From Vitrella brassicaformis CCMP3155 (lineage: Eukaryota > Protista > Chromerida): a stretch of DNA of 64,000 nt. The notes under the pieces are model-generated. The model was not told the DNA's origin and did no database searches. It saw nothing but the letters and a program-made list of their open reading frames with translations. Both the position numbers and the translations under genes were made by a program. Where the stretch lies: positions 1 through 64,000 of the forward strand of contig CDMY01000468.1 in NCBI GenBank assembly GCA_001179505.1. The letters run 5' to 3'. Each line of letters opens with the position of its first letter. Position 1 is the first letter of the stretch. Shown here in pieces: positions 1 to 10,403 of this stretch.

Positions 1-642
1 CATTTCAGAGTATCAAGAAGGCCGGGGTGTCAGCAAGCCCGCCCATACAGGAATCGCTCACAACGTCCAATCGATGTCCCTCGTATGTGTTCCTGTCTGT
101 TTCCGCGTGTCTTTTCCATGCAATGTATCAATGCAGGTGCGGATCACCTTAGAGGGTGTGTCTTGAGCTCTGTGCACACGTGCGGACCCCCGTGACAAGC
201 AACATGCTCCTACTGGCCATTGCCACACGTGCTGGTCATTGCCACACGTGTGTACGTGGTATACGTGCTTCCTGAGGGGTCAATCACAATCAAATACACG
301 TGCACACGACACTACAAAGGCCAACAGCTAGTATGCGTCTGTGTATGTGTCCCATGGGCTCGCTGCCTATCGATGCTCGCTCTCCTGCCAGTGGTAGGTT
401 GGTTGGCGCATGTATACAAATGAAAGGAGATAGCGATAACACCCGTAATTTGCCCCTGATCCTACAGGCCGACAGATGCCCTTGGTCGCTCCACTCCTGT
501 GGCTGCCTGCGTAACGGCCGCGGTCGCAAGTCGCTCTTCCCGAAGAGCACGTCTGCCACCCCGCCACCTTGTGTCCCAGGTAGCCACGCCGCGATGAAGG
601 CATTTCCGTCCCGACAAAGCCATCATTGTCGAGGGAGATGAT

Positions 643-1032
643 GTGAATGCGTCATACCTTGCCCTCTCTCTTACACCAGCCACTGCCAGCATCGTGGTCC
701 CGGTTCTTCGGGACACCAAGCGCAACCGCTACGAACACGAAGAAGTCTGCGAAGCTGGCAGGAGCGTCGTGCGGGAGAAAGGGCTGCGCTATGAAGGCGG
801 CATTTTCTCATTCGCAATGCACGTTCCGGCCGATGATGGCCTAGTCCAGTGTGCTGCCGCCTGCGCGAAGACGGCAGGGTGCCGCTTATTCTCTGTGTAT
901 GACAGAAGCGATTGCACTGGCTTCGTTTCTCCTGCTCGACAAGTCCAGGACGAGAGAGCCGATGCAGGATTCATCTGCATGGACGGTGAGCCAGCGGACG
1001 ATCGTGTTTTCCGTCACCTTCGGGAACTGTAG
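643..1032 (+). CDS. Cys-rich PAN/apple-like extracellular protein fragment (3' part of a gene or gene relic)
   Basis: 129-aa ORF with PAN-like spacing 'QCAAACAKTAGCRLFSVYDRSDC'; resembles the PAN-like modules of the lectin gene at 4.1-5.9 kb. No clear 5' end found. Confidence 0.35.
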   Translation: MNASYLALSLTPATASIVVPVLRDTKRNRYEHEEVCEAGRSVVREKGLRYEGGIFSFAMHVPADDGLVQCAAACAKTAGCRLFSVYDRSDCTGFVSPARQVQDERADAGFICMDGEPADDRVFRHLREL

Positions 1033-1101
1033 GAAGTGCAGCGAGCTACGTGATGAAGAGCAGCTGCCAGCCCAGGCGACCTCTCGACATCCCACCTTAC
1101 G

Positions 1102-1566
1102 CTAACCCTTTGAGCTCACCCAGAAGAAGTCGACGAGGGATGGCCACTTTGTGTCGAGCTCGTCGAGGATCGCCTGGCGGTCGACGCTGGTGTAGCAGTG
1201 AATGATTTGTCTTTGCTCTGTTCGGTGAAGCGGCGTGAAGCCAGTGAACTCATGTTCGGTGGTGGGATACGCATACAAGACCAATGGGATCATCCTGTCC
1301 AATTGTTTGCTCCAGACCAACACGTCCATCCCATTCTGTCGTGCGATGCAGCCACGATGTATTCCATCTCTTCGTCGGCTGTTATCCTTGAGAGTTCTTG
1401 GTCCATGTACCAGTTCCACTGCAGAAGCGATAGCAGCTCCCGGGTGCGCAGCCTCACTCGTAATGTGGCTTACCACATCACGACACATTGAATTTGTGCT
1501 ATCCATTGTATTTATCCATTTATCCATCGATATAGTCTGGGAAGTCTGGCGGACCATCCGTGGCAT
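1102..1566 (-). CDS. Intronless hypothetical protein (154 aa)
   Basis: Uninterrupted ORF with globular-looking composition in microsatellite-free DNA; no motif recognised. Confidence 0.25.
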   Translation of the reverse strand: MPRMVRQTSQTISMDKWINTMDSTNSMCRDVVSHITSEAAHPGAAIASAVELVHGPRTLKDNSRRRDGIHRGCIARQNGMDVLVWSKQLDRMIPLVLYAYPTTEHEFTGFTPLHRTEQRQIIHCYTSVDRQAILDELDTKWPSLVDFFWVSSKG

Positions 1567-1775
1567 TTTTGAACTTGAACAGTCCCGGATTACTGTGAGC
1601 CTCGGATAAATGGGACCCTGCTTACAGTAAGTATCGCATAAAGCAATCAGTACTTACTATAAATGGGAAAATCGTTATATGGGAAATGTCGTGTGCACGG
1701 GGTTAACGGAAAGCGCATCGGCACGAGGAGTCCATCAAGAATGCAAACTAAGAACTAGCTAGCTGTCCCTTCAAT

Positions 1776-4038
1776 TCAATCACTGCAAGCATGCCAAGAG
1801 TAAGCCTCTGCCCGACCACCCACCGAGTCCGTCATAGAGTGTGTGTGTGTGCCATAGATCATCAATCCTTGACATGTAGAGTGCACATAAGTGATGCCCT
1901 CGGGGAAGTGGCCGTCAGCGTACGAGACGCCAAGTTGAAACGACGACGCACAAAGGGCGGGATAGTTGGCACGGAATAGCGCTGAGCTCTTGGGCTGGTG
2001 GGAGATGTCGTGCACGTGATGCTCGGCAATGGCGAGTTGGCACACGGCTGTACTCAGGTGGTTCGGCTCGGTTGAGAAGGGGCTGAAGCGGGTGGCGCAT
2101 GCGAGCAGCAAGAGAAAGAGGCCGATTGGACGCACATGGACTGCTGATTCCTGTTGCATGGGCAACTCAGGTCCAGCGCGGCCGACGTAGAATGGCTGCA
2201 TTGTTCGTTTGTGAGAGAGGTGAGGCGACCCGCACATCGGTGGGGAGCTCGCGATGACGTGGGCGTGATGGTGACGCTTGCGCAGCCCACCACAGGCAAC
2301 GTGAGGAGAAATTCTCCTCACACCGTGATATGCGAGCTCGGATATGGGAAATGTCCCATTTGACCATGTGCATTTTTCAAGCCGGTGACATTCATTCATT
2401 GTGAGCCGTCGCAATGACCTGCATGTGGTCCAGCGTGCCTCACTGATCACTGTGAACCAAATTTCACCGTCAGACACCCACAAACAACCGAGTTCGGGGC
2501 CGCTAAAGTGGGGCCAAGCAGGCACAAGAGAAGCAGCGAAGCAAACAAGCAGCGGAGCAGCATGAATGGCTTCCCTTTGGGCCCACAGTAGCATTTGCAG
2601 TGAGACAGCGAGTCAAGAACCATCGTCAGACGAGCAGGAGGCCGCCTGCGGCCCTCCTCACCAGNNNNNNNNNNNNNNNNNNNNNNNNNNNNNNNNNNNN
2701 NNNNNNNNNNNNNNNNNNNNNNNNNNNNNNNNNNNNNNNNNNNNNNNNNNNNNNNNNNNNNNNNNNNNNNNNNNNNNNNNNNNNNNNNNNNNNNNNNNNN
2801 NNNNNNNNNNNNNNNNNNNNNNNNNNNNNNNNNNNNNNNNNNNNNNNNNNNNNNNNNNNNNNNNNNNNNNNNNNNNNNNNNNNNNNNNNNNNNNNNNNNN
2901 NNNNNNNNNNNNNNNNNNNNNNNNNNNNNNNNNNNNNNNNNNNNNNNNNNNNNNNNNNNNNNNNGGCTCGGTTGAGAAGGGGCTGAAGCGGGTGGCGCAT
3001 GCGAGCAGCAAGAGAAAGAGGCCGATTGGACGCACATGGACTGCTGATTCCTGTTGCATGGGCAACTCAGGTCCAGCGCGGCCGACGTAGAATGGCTGCA
3101 TTGTTCGTTTGTGAGAGAGGTGAGGCGACCCGCACATCGGTGGGGAGCTCGCGATGACGTGGGCGTGATGGTGACGCTTGCGCAGCCCACCACAGGCAAC
3201 GTGAGGAGAAATTCTCCTCACACCGTGATATGCGAGCTAGAGGAAGGTCTCTGTGTGTGTGTGTGTGTGTATGTGTGTCCGTACCGTTTCCTGTGCTGCC
3301 GCGCGTGCGGTGGCCAGACGGACCGCATTGTCACTGTACTTGTCCGCCCGTGGGAAAGCCGGTGTGGGGTCATAGGAACAAGGCGTAATCACCAACTCCT
3401 GCACATCACAGACGAGCATGCAGAGAGATAGATAGATAGATCTATGCACGTGTGTGCGCATCCGAGTCTCCGCACCGCCCACCTTCCACGGCCCTCGCAC
3501 AGATTCCGAAGGAAGAGACACGTCTGGACACGGACACACACACAGATGTCCACACGATGCATCATTCATATTCCTCGTAGTCTTGCCTTCCGGCGTGAGC
3601 CGACGGACGTGACGGGCGGTGTCAGGGAGCTGCGCTCCAACGCCTGGAATGAGGTGCCAGCGAGTGTTGCTACGGATGGTGTCGTGCTTCTGAATGTTGT
3701 AGTCGCTGAGGGTGTTGTTCAGCACAGAGAGAGGCGTGGTCCCACGTAACAGCCATATGGCAGCGGCAGGCACGCTGGTCTTCTCCTGAACCAGCAGCAC
3801 GAGATCAAACACCTGCCAGCCAGTGCACACCATCCCACCACAGACAGCGTAGATGAATGACTTCCCCCCACCATAACCGTACCTCAAACGAAGGCTGCAC
3901 GTCGACCGTCCAGGTTTTAAATGCATAGTGGTTGCCTGGAATCATCTCCAGCTGGAAGGCACCCACGGGCCGACCTGTCGGTAGCGCAGGCCGCCTCGCC
4001 GCCTTCCCGCCCTCCACCTTCTGCCGCTTCTCATCCAT
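1776..4038 (-). CDS. Multi-exon protein with N-terminal ubiquitin-like domain; 3' part crosses a gap
   Basis: ATG 4038 (MDEKRQKVEGG...TWTVDVQPSFE), GT-AG intron about 3881-3812, then VFDLVLLVQEKTSVPAAAIWLLRGTTPLSVLNNTLSDYNIQKHDTI, which contains the ubiquitin signature TLSDYNIQK. Downstream exons and 3' end uncertain. Confidence 0.55.
2065..3238. repeat. Identical 274-bp direct repeat (2065-2338 and 2965-3238); second copy starts exactly at the end of a gap
   Basis: Direct sequence comparison: ggctcggttgagaagg...gatatgcgagct occurs twice, 900 bp apart. Confidence 0.9.
2665..2964. other. Assembly gap (300 N)
   Basis: Run of N. Confidence 1.
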
Positions 4039-4161
4039 CTATCTATCTATCTATCTATCTATCTTGTGAATCTACATACATACACACATGTGTAAGGTTC
4101 TGCCGCACAAGGTTCGTGTCAGGTTCTGGGCACAACTTCTGATCGCAGCAAAGCTCGCGGA

Positions 4162-5850
4162 ATGGCAAAGCTGGCGATCATGTTTGGGTTGTTTTGCATT
4201 CTCACCGCACTTCTGCCCCTGTCTGGGAGCGCCAAGCCCTCACACCGCCATGCCCTCAGGCCGCCGCAAGGTCCACACGACGACGCCCTCATCCTGGCCG
4301 GTATCGCGCCGTTCACCGCCCAGCTCCCATACAACACCTTCGCCCTGCTGACGTCGGCAGACCTGAGGCCTGAGGAAGCATCATCGCAGAGCGGCACAGA
4401 GATGGCGCGGCCTTCGCTGGTCTCTCGCTCTATGGCGGCGTGTTCGCCGACAAGGCCGTGCATCTGGCGTGTCCGTCGGATCTGAGGATCAGCGGTAAGC
4501 GAATGGCCAGACAAAGTGAGAGAGAGCAGTCGCGATGACCTTGCTTGAGCGTTGCTCGTCGTTTGCAGTGAGCCGAGCCAGCTACGGAAACGCCAAAGTC
4601 GATTCATCGCCATACTTTGCCACTGGGTGAGTCAGGCAACACGCTGTGAGTCCATCGTGTGACCATCTTCCCTCACGTCTGCATCAGGTCTTGTCACTTC
4701 CCAGCGTCCCTCACTCGCCTGCGTGATCTGTGTGACGGCAAGACTTCGTGTGACATCGATGTGGCCACGACATTCAAGGAGGACCCCTGCCCATGGGCAG
4801 CCAAGACACTCGCCGTTGCATATGGTTGCCAGTGGGGCGTCAAGGGCGAGACCAGTCTTGCGGCAGACCACGAAGGCCGACACGTCCAATACGGTGGGCA
4901 AAGGGCAACCGGATTGACCATTTTCTCTCTCTCTCGATTGATGTGTTGTGGCTTTCCTGGTTGGTTTGATGCAGACAGGGCAGCGGAGAGGCTGCCTGAG
5001 AATGACGGAGAGCCCCCATTCATGGTAAGGAGGGAGCGATGGAGCCGCATCCGCAAACACGATGGACAGCAAACCTTGTCTCTCTTCTCTCGTCAGGTTC
5101 TTTCATCCAGATCAGCTGACTGTGCGCCAGAGGACGTCCTACCGCCCGCAAACAACGTACACGGAACCACACGACAAACAAGTGCACCAAGACACTGTCT
5201 CTTGCGTCTCTTTGCGTGAATGCATCAGGTCCGCACGGTTGACCAGGCGGCAGAGCACTGCCGCATGACGCCAACGTGTGAGTTCTTTCTGCACGAGGGC
5301 GAGGCGTTCCAATACTGTGCGGGGGAGGCATGGACCAAAGCACGGCCCGCAACGTCGGCAGAGGTTCACGTCAAGCCACAAGCAGGTGAGCGAACGAGAC
5401 ACGCATACGCAACCATAGCTGGCAAAAAGGGGATGACGCTGTTTTGTGTGGGGTTCTGGTGACAGTGTCGCCCGCTGGCTACCAGACGTACATCAACAAG
5501 AAAGGCCGCTGCCCACCGACAGACGTCCTCGATCAGACGGTGACCGACTACCCGTGATGGTGTCTCATGCTTTTGTGTCCCCTCGTGTGTCCATGTGTGT
5601 GTAGTCGGTGGGTTCAGTTGCAGAGGCTGCCGTGAGGTGTGTACACGATAAGGAGTGCATCGCTTTCACTCTCGACTACACCGTCGGTGGGTGATGTCAC
5701 AACACAAGACTGTCGACGGATGAGCAGACAATTGGTTTCCATGCTGTCCTCGCTGCAGCTAAGAATGGAGGCTTCGAGTACGTGGCGTGCCGAAGCAGGC
5801 CCCGCCTCGCCGGCCAGTCTGGAGCCCTCACGGCTTTCCCCAAGATAGAG
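4162..5850 (+). CDS. Secreted SUEL (rhamnose/galactose-binding) lectin + PAN/apple-like protein with an apparent frameshift near 4371-4380
   Basis: Signal peptide MAKLAIMFGLFCILTALLPLSGSA. Spliced SUEL domain HLACPSDLRISVSRASYGN...SCHFPASLTRLRDLCDGKTSCDIDVATTFKEDPCPWAAKTLAVAYGC. PAN-like repeats VDQAAEHCRMTPTCEFF and VAEAAVRCVHDKECIAF. 3' end approximate. Confidence 0.7.
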
Positions 5851-5860
5851 ACGGCATGAG

Positions 5861-6650
5861 ATACGTACGTCTCAATTTGGCGTTAAAAATCAGTCGTCAT
5901 TGCATCCTATCCGCTCTCTGTCTGTCTGTCTGTCTGCGTGTTGTCTCGTCTGTCTGCTCTCAGCTCATTACTCTCGCATCTCACAGACACGCAGACACAC
6001 ACACACCACTGGCCCGACACACGGCAACAAGACACACACCGCAAGAACAGTGCGACAGCAGTCCTCTCGTCCTGAGCGAAAGACACTGACTGACACGCAG
6101 ACAGACAGACAGACAGACGCCGTTAGAATCAGATGACTTAGAGATGCGCAGCAGAGGTCAACACCCTTTCTCGTATGCCCCGTGTGTGACTGTGTCTTGG
6201 CCGGCCGACTCTGTGTGCGTGTGTGAGACACGACTAACATTAGAGGTACACATACGCACACACATAACTCTGAAAGAACATTCCTGATCGGCTAGCTACG
6301 TGCCATGGACGATATCAGCGCATTGTGCTTTCACTCGTGTCTGTCTGAGTGTGCGCGCCGTGATTCGCACGCACGCCGACCATCAACTGCGTGTGCGCAG
6401 GGGGCAGAGGTGTGTGTGTGTGTGTGTGTTCTCTTGCAGAAGCGTTCGTACGTCTCGACATGGCCTTAAAAATCGATCGTCGTTGTCAATCCATCGTGTG
6501 TCTGTCTGTCTGGGCTGTCTAGTTTCATGTCATTCTCGCATCTCGCAGACACACCACTGACCCCACACACGGCAACAAGAGAGACACTCGTCAGGTCAGT
6601 CATGACAGAAGATCTCTCTCTCCCAGGCAGAAAAGACACCGACCGAATGA
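5861..6650. repeat. Diverged non-coding tandem duplication (about 5861-6110 vs about 6444-6650)
   Basis: Shared colinear blocks cgtacgtctc..ttaaaaatc..tcgtc..ctcgcatctc.cagacac..ccactg.ccc.acacacggcaacaaga..aaagacac. Confidence 0.7.
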
Positions 6651-6782
6651 CTTGCGAACAACTCTCATTAGCTAAATCGAATCAAGTTGAAAAATCCCTC
6701 TCTCTCATTGATCGACCAATTGCTTCATTTGCAAACCACACACACCCCCTATAGCCGGCTCGACTCAGCAGTCATCGACGAG

Positions 6783-8811
6783 TCACCCTAGCCCACTCAG
6801 TCTTCTAAACAGCACCACGCCGAGAGAGGTCGCCGTGGCGTAGCCCACGGTGCCGTACACAATGGCCGGCAGCACCAGGTCGTCGCGCCCCATCGACCCC
6901 CCGGCCATCCCTGCCGCCGTCGAGGGGCCGCCCACATTGGCATTAGACGCCACAATGAGGTCGTCCAGAGGCAGCCGGAACTGCAGCCGCTTCAGCATCG
7001 AGTTGATCAGCGCCGAGATGCCGAACAGACCCATCGTGTGCACCAGCAGGATCAGCCCGGTCACCAGCGGCGCTGCCGCGCACTCGACGCCCATCAAGTC
7101 GGCGAAGCGCGCCGTCGCCCCGATGCCGCCGTAGAAGATCTGCAGCCCGACAGCCGCCAGTAGCGATGAGCTCTCCCCGGCCGCCGTGTAGAGCTGGTCG
7201 AGGAGGGGCGGCCCGCTGAGCGTCAGTCGCTTGAGGATGGTGGCCAGGCCGATGGCCACAGTAGCCATGACGAAAGTCGAGAGGCCGTCGATGGGCACGT
7301 AGCGGCGCGCCCACCTCTCGATTGCCGGGCTCACCGTCAGCACAGTTGACGCCAGACCCAAAGACACCATGAGGCCGAGCGCGCGGAAGGCCATCTTGCC
7401 CGCACGCTGCCGCCAGCCTGTGTGTTGCTGCTTGTCCTTCACAGAAGGGATTGTGTGCTGGGTGGGTGCTGCTGTGGCAATGCCGTATGTGGGGACGTTG
7501 CTGCCGGCGAGTGGAGCGTTGCGGCTGACTGCCGACACAGGCTGGCCGTTCTCGTGATGATGCGCCTTTGCGGTTTGGGCGCCGACGAGCACTTGCGTCT
7601 TCTCGATGGAGGCAGGGGCCTCCTCGGGATGGTAGCCGTTGAGCAAATAGGGGGAATCGTTGGCCTTGATGGCTGATGCATCCTCTGAGTGAACAAACAC
7701 AGAGGATGTATGGTGTTCCTCTCTCTCTCTCTCTCTCTGTCTGTCTGTCTGTGTGTGTGTGTCATCCACCTCTCTCTGGGAAGAGCTTGCGCAGCTTGAT
7801 CCATCCATGGGCATACTTCAACGCTGAACGACACAAAGAGCCCAAGGCGAACACGCCACGTGTTTCCGGGCGCATTCCTCCCTTTAACCTCTTCTGCCTG
7901 CTCACCGGCGAGGTAGAATCCCATGAAGAAGATGTCTGCGGCACAGAGGCCTCCCAGCAGCGCGCTGCTGCTCCCTTCCCCACTGCCCAGACCCACAGCG
8001 TTCGCCACGGCGAAGAAATTGACAGTCCCGCCTACACACACCAAGCCGGACACACAAGACAGATTCGAACAGATCAACGAAAGACTCGTTCCCTTCCCGT
8101 GTTTGCCCGCCTACCGATGTAAGTGGCGGCGAGGCATCCCACGGCCTGGGCCGCACTGTGGACGGGCATCTTGAGGAAGGCTATCGGCATGCGAGTCGTC
8201 ACAAGGAAGGCCAGCAGTCCGCCGACAACGGTCGTGACAGCACCGAGGGCGTAGGCGCTCCCCACCGTGCGCATCTTCTCCCAGCTGGCAGGGCAGGTGC
8301 TCGGTCCAGAGAGCCGCGACGGCGCCCCGAGCAGCACCAGTGCAATCGTGATGGGCAGCAGCTGCCCCCAGCACCAGTCATAGGCAGGATGCGTCGAAGG
8401 CATGAAGCCCAGGTTGCTGAGCAGGAAGGGGACACCAAAGCTGACGAGCGAGCCCCACGAGTACTTGCTGTCGAGAAAGTAGCCGCCGATGCCGTTGGCG
8501 AGCAGCACACCCCAGATGGCCACAGGCGACGTCAGAGCTGCCATTCTTGACTGGGCGACGGCTCGATTCTTTCTTCCCGCGATGAAGCTGGGTCGTTCTG
8601 GCGTCCGAGCAGTGGACGAGGATGAGTGCTGAGGCTGCGAGGGAGCCGATAAGGTTTGTGTCTGGTGTGTCGGCGAGACCGGTCTCAGGGCAGCGAATGC
8701 AGCCGCAGACCTGCGAAGCGACGGGACGGTCTTCTGCGAGAGTCCTCCGGTCGTCAGCAAGAGCACCACTGCCACCAGCACACCGCCCTGGAAGCCTCTC
8801 AGACAGAGCAT
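6783..8811 (-). CDS. DUF819-family multi-pass membrane protein with bipartite (complex plastid) leader
   Basis: C-terminal DUF819 motif LIVASNANVGGPSTAAGMA...LVLPAIVYGTVGYATATSLG; N-terminal signal peptide followed by SAAAFAALRP and an S/T/R-rich transit peptide; exons in ORFs 8074-8811 and 6783-7814. Confidence 0.85.
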
Positions 8812-9011
8812 GCTCCTTCGCAGCGCATTGATCTATCAAGATCTTGATAGCACAGACACAAATCGATGGACTGTGCCTCACAGTGAGGCACTCGAAGCCT
8901 TTAAAGCGTTGCTGCCCCCTTTCGGTGAATGCGAGCTTGAAGCATCTGCGAGCTAAAGCGGGAAGAAGCGGAGGCTCCTTACGTTGCTCATCTATCCCTC
9001 TGGTCATCACC

Positions 9012-9518
9012 ATGTTGGGCAAGAGGTGGGATTTCCAGTTTGAGAACCGCACCTCGCTGCCCGACCCTATCGGCTACCGCATGACGCTCGGCGAGGCTGA
9101 GGGATCCACACTATCGTCCAGGAAGACTCGGGAGCGCAGCTCACGGCACGCCAGCATCGTCGAGAGCAAAGCGTGGGAGGCCGCCTTGGCGCCGGGCAAG
9201 TCCATCGGGATGACCATCTTTATGCTGTGGATGGGCGGCTCCTCGCCTGGGATCTTCTCGATTCTCATCATGGGCTACGGCGCCATCAACACGGTCAAGT
9301 CGCTGTTCGGTCTGAACGCCGCCTTTGCGTCGTTCGAGACGGCCAAGGTGAACGTGATGCTGCAGAAGCTGGTGTACGTGCTGATCAACCTGGCTGCTCT
9401 GGGCTACATCTCCTACCACTGCGCCCACATGGGCCTGCTGCCGATCAGCAGTGGCGACTACATCGCCATGATACCCGAGAAGAAGGTCCTCGAGTTCTCT
9501 ACCGGCATCGTCACATAG
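9012..9518 (+). CDS. EMC4: ER membrane protein complex subunit 4 (TMEM85/DUF1077), intronless
   Basis: AWEAALAPGKSIGMTIFMLWMGGSSPGIFSILIM...QKLVYVLINLAALGYISYHCAHMGLLPISSGDYIA matches the EMC4 consensus; first true ATG at 9012 (MLGKRWDF). Confidence 0.9.
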   Translation: MLGKRWDFQFENRTSLPDPIGYRMTLGEAEGSTLSSRKTRERSSRHASIVESKAWEAALAPGKSIGMTIFMLWMGGSSPGIFSILIMGYGAINTVKSLFGLNAAFASFETAKVNVMLQKLVYVLINLAALGYISYHCAHMGLLPISSGDYIAMIPEKKVLEFSTGIVT

Positions 9519-10403
9519 CAAGGATGCGGCGACCAGAGGTGGCTTGAGCTTAGCTTGCTTTGTGGTGCTGCTCTCTCTCTCTCTGCCAGCCGGCGATGCA
9601 TGCATTGTACAGAAGATAGGCTGGGCGGTCTGTCTGTGTGTGTGGGCTGTGTCGATCATCGGTCGCATCTCTGCGGTCAACCTACTACTCTCGATGGTTG
9701 GATACATGCCGCTGTGATCTGGCAGCTCAGCGAGGGACACATGCCGCACTGACGGACACACTTGCGACAAGTGTAATGGAGATCTAGATGGGGAAAAAAG
9801 GAAGGGCAGTCCGTCAGTCAGTGGGGCAGACAGCGGAAGGTATCTTGTGTGGTGTTGTGTTTTGTTGTGGTAATGTGTTCGTCGGTCTTATTGTCCTTCT
9901 CCGCTAGCTGAGCTGAGTCACTCGGCTGCGGAGCAGGACAATGAGGCGGACGAGCACATGACCACACATGTGCACAAGAGAGCACGCGTCTGCGAATCGG
10001 TTCTTCCATGACGGTCAACCGTTGCAAGTACAAGTATGTTGATGTGTAGTGTGCGCGCCTTGTCTGAACGCATCAACAAGCGAGGCATGCATGGCCGTCG
10101 ATCAATCGATATCATGTACCCGTACCGCCATACAACAAGAAGCCGCCATTCTGGTCGCATACGCATTCCGCCCACTCCCATGCCCCGTCACGCCTCAAAC
10201 ACCATGCACAAGAGCCAAGACGCTGCTAAATGGATACACAGACAGGCAGACAGGCAGACAGACAGACACGCCAGCCGTCTCTCCATCATCCGATGAGTGC
10301 CAACGACCCAGCCCACCACCACCACCACCACTCAGCAAAAGTCGGCCATGGCATGGCAAGCGCCAATACATGTGGCAGCAGCAAGGAAATCCAGTGTCTC
10401 TGG

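Noticed and set aside
138-150. gcggatcacct resembles the 3' end of 16S rRNA
   Set aside because: Only about 10 nt match, with no rRNA structure upstream; chance.
1625-1695. 8-bp inverted repeat (agtaagta...tacttact) and repeated atgggaaa motifs as a possible element end
   Set aside because: Too short, with no matching second terminus, target-site duplication or Helitron-type end.
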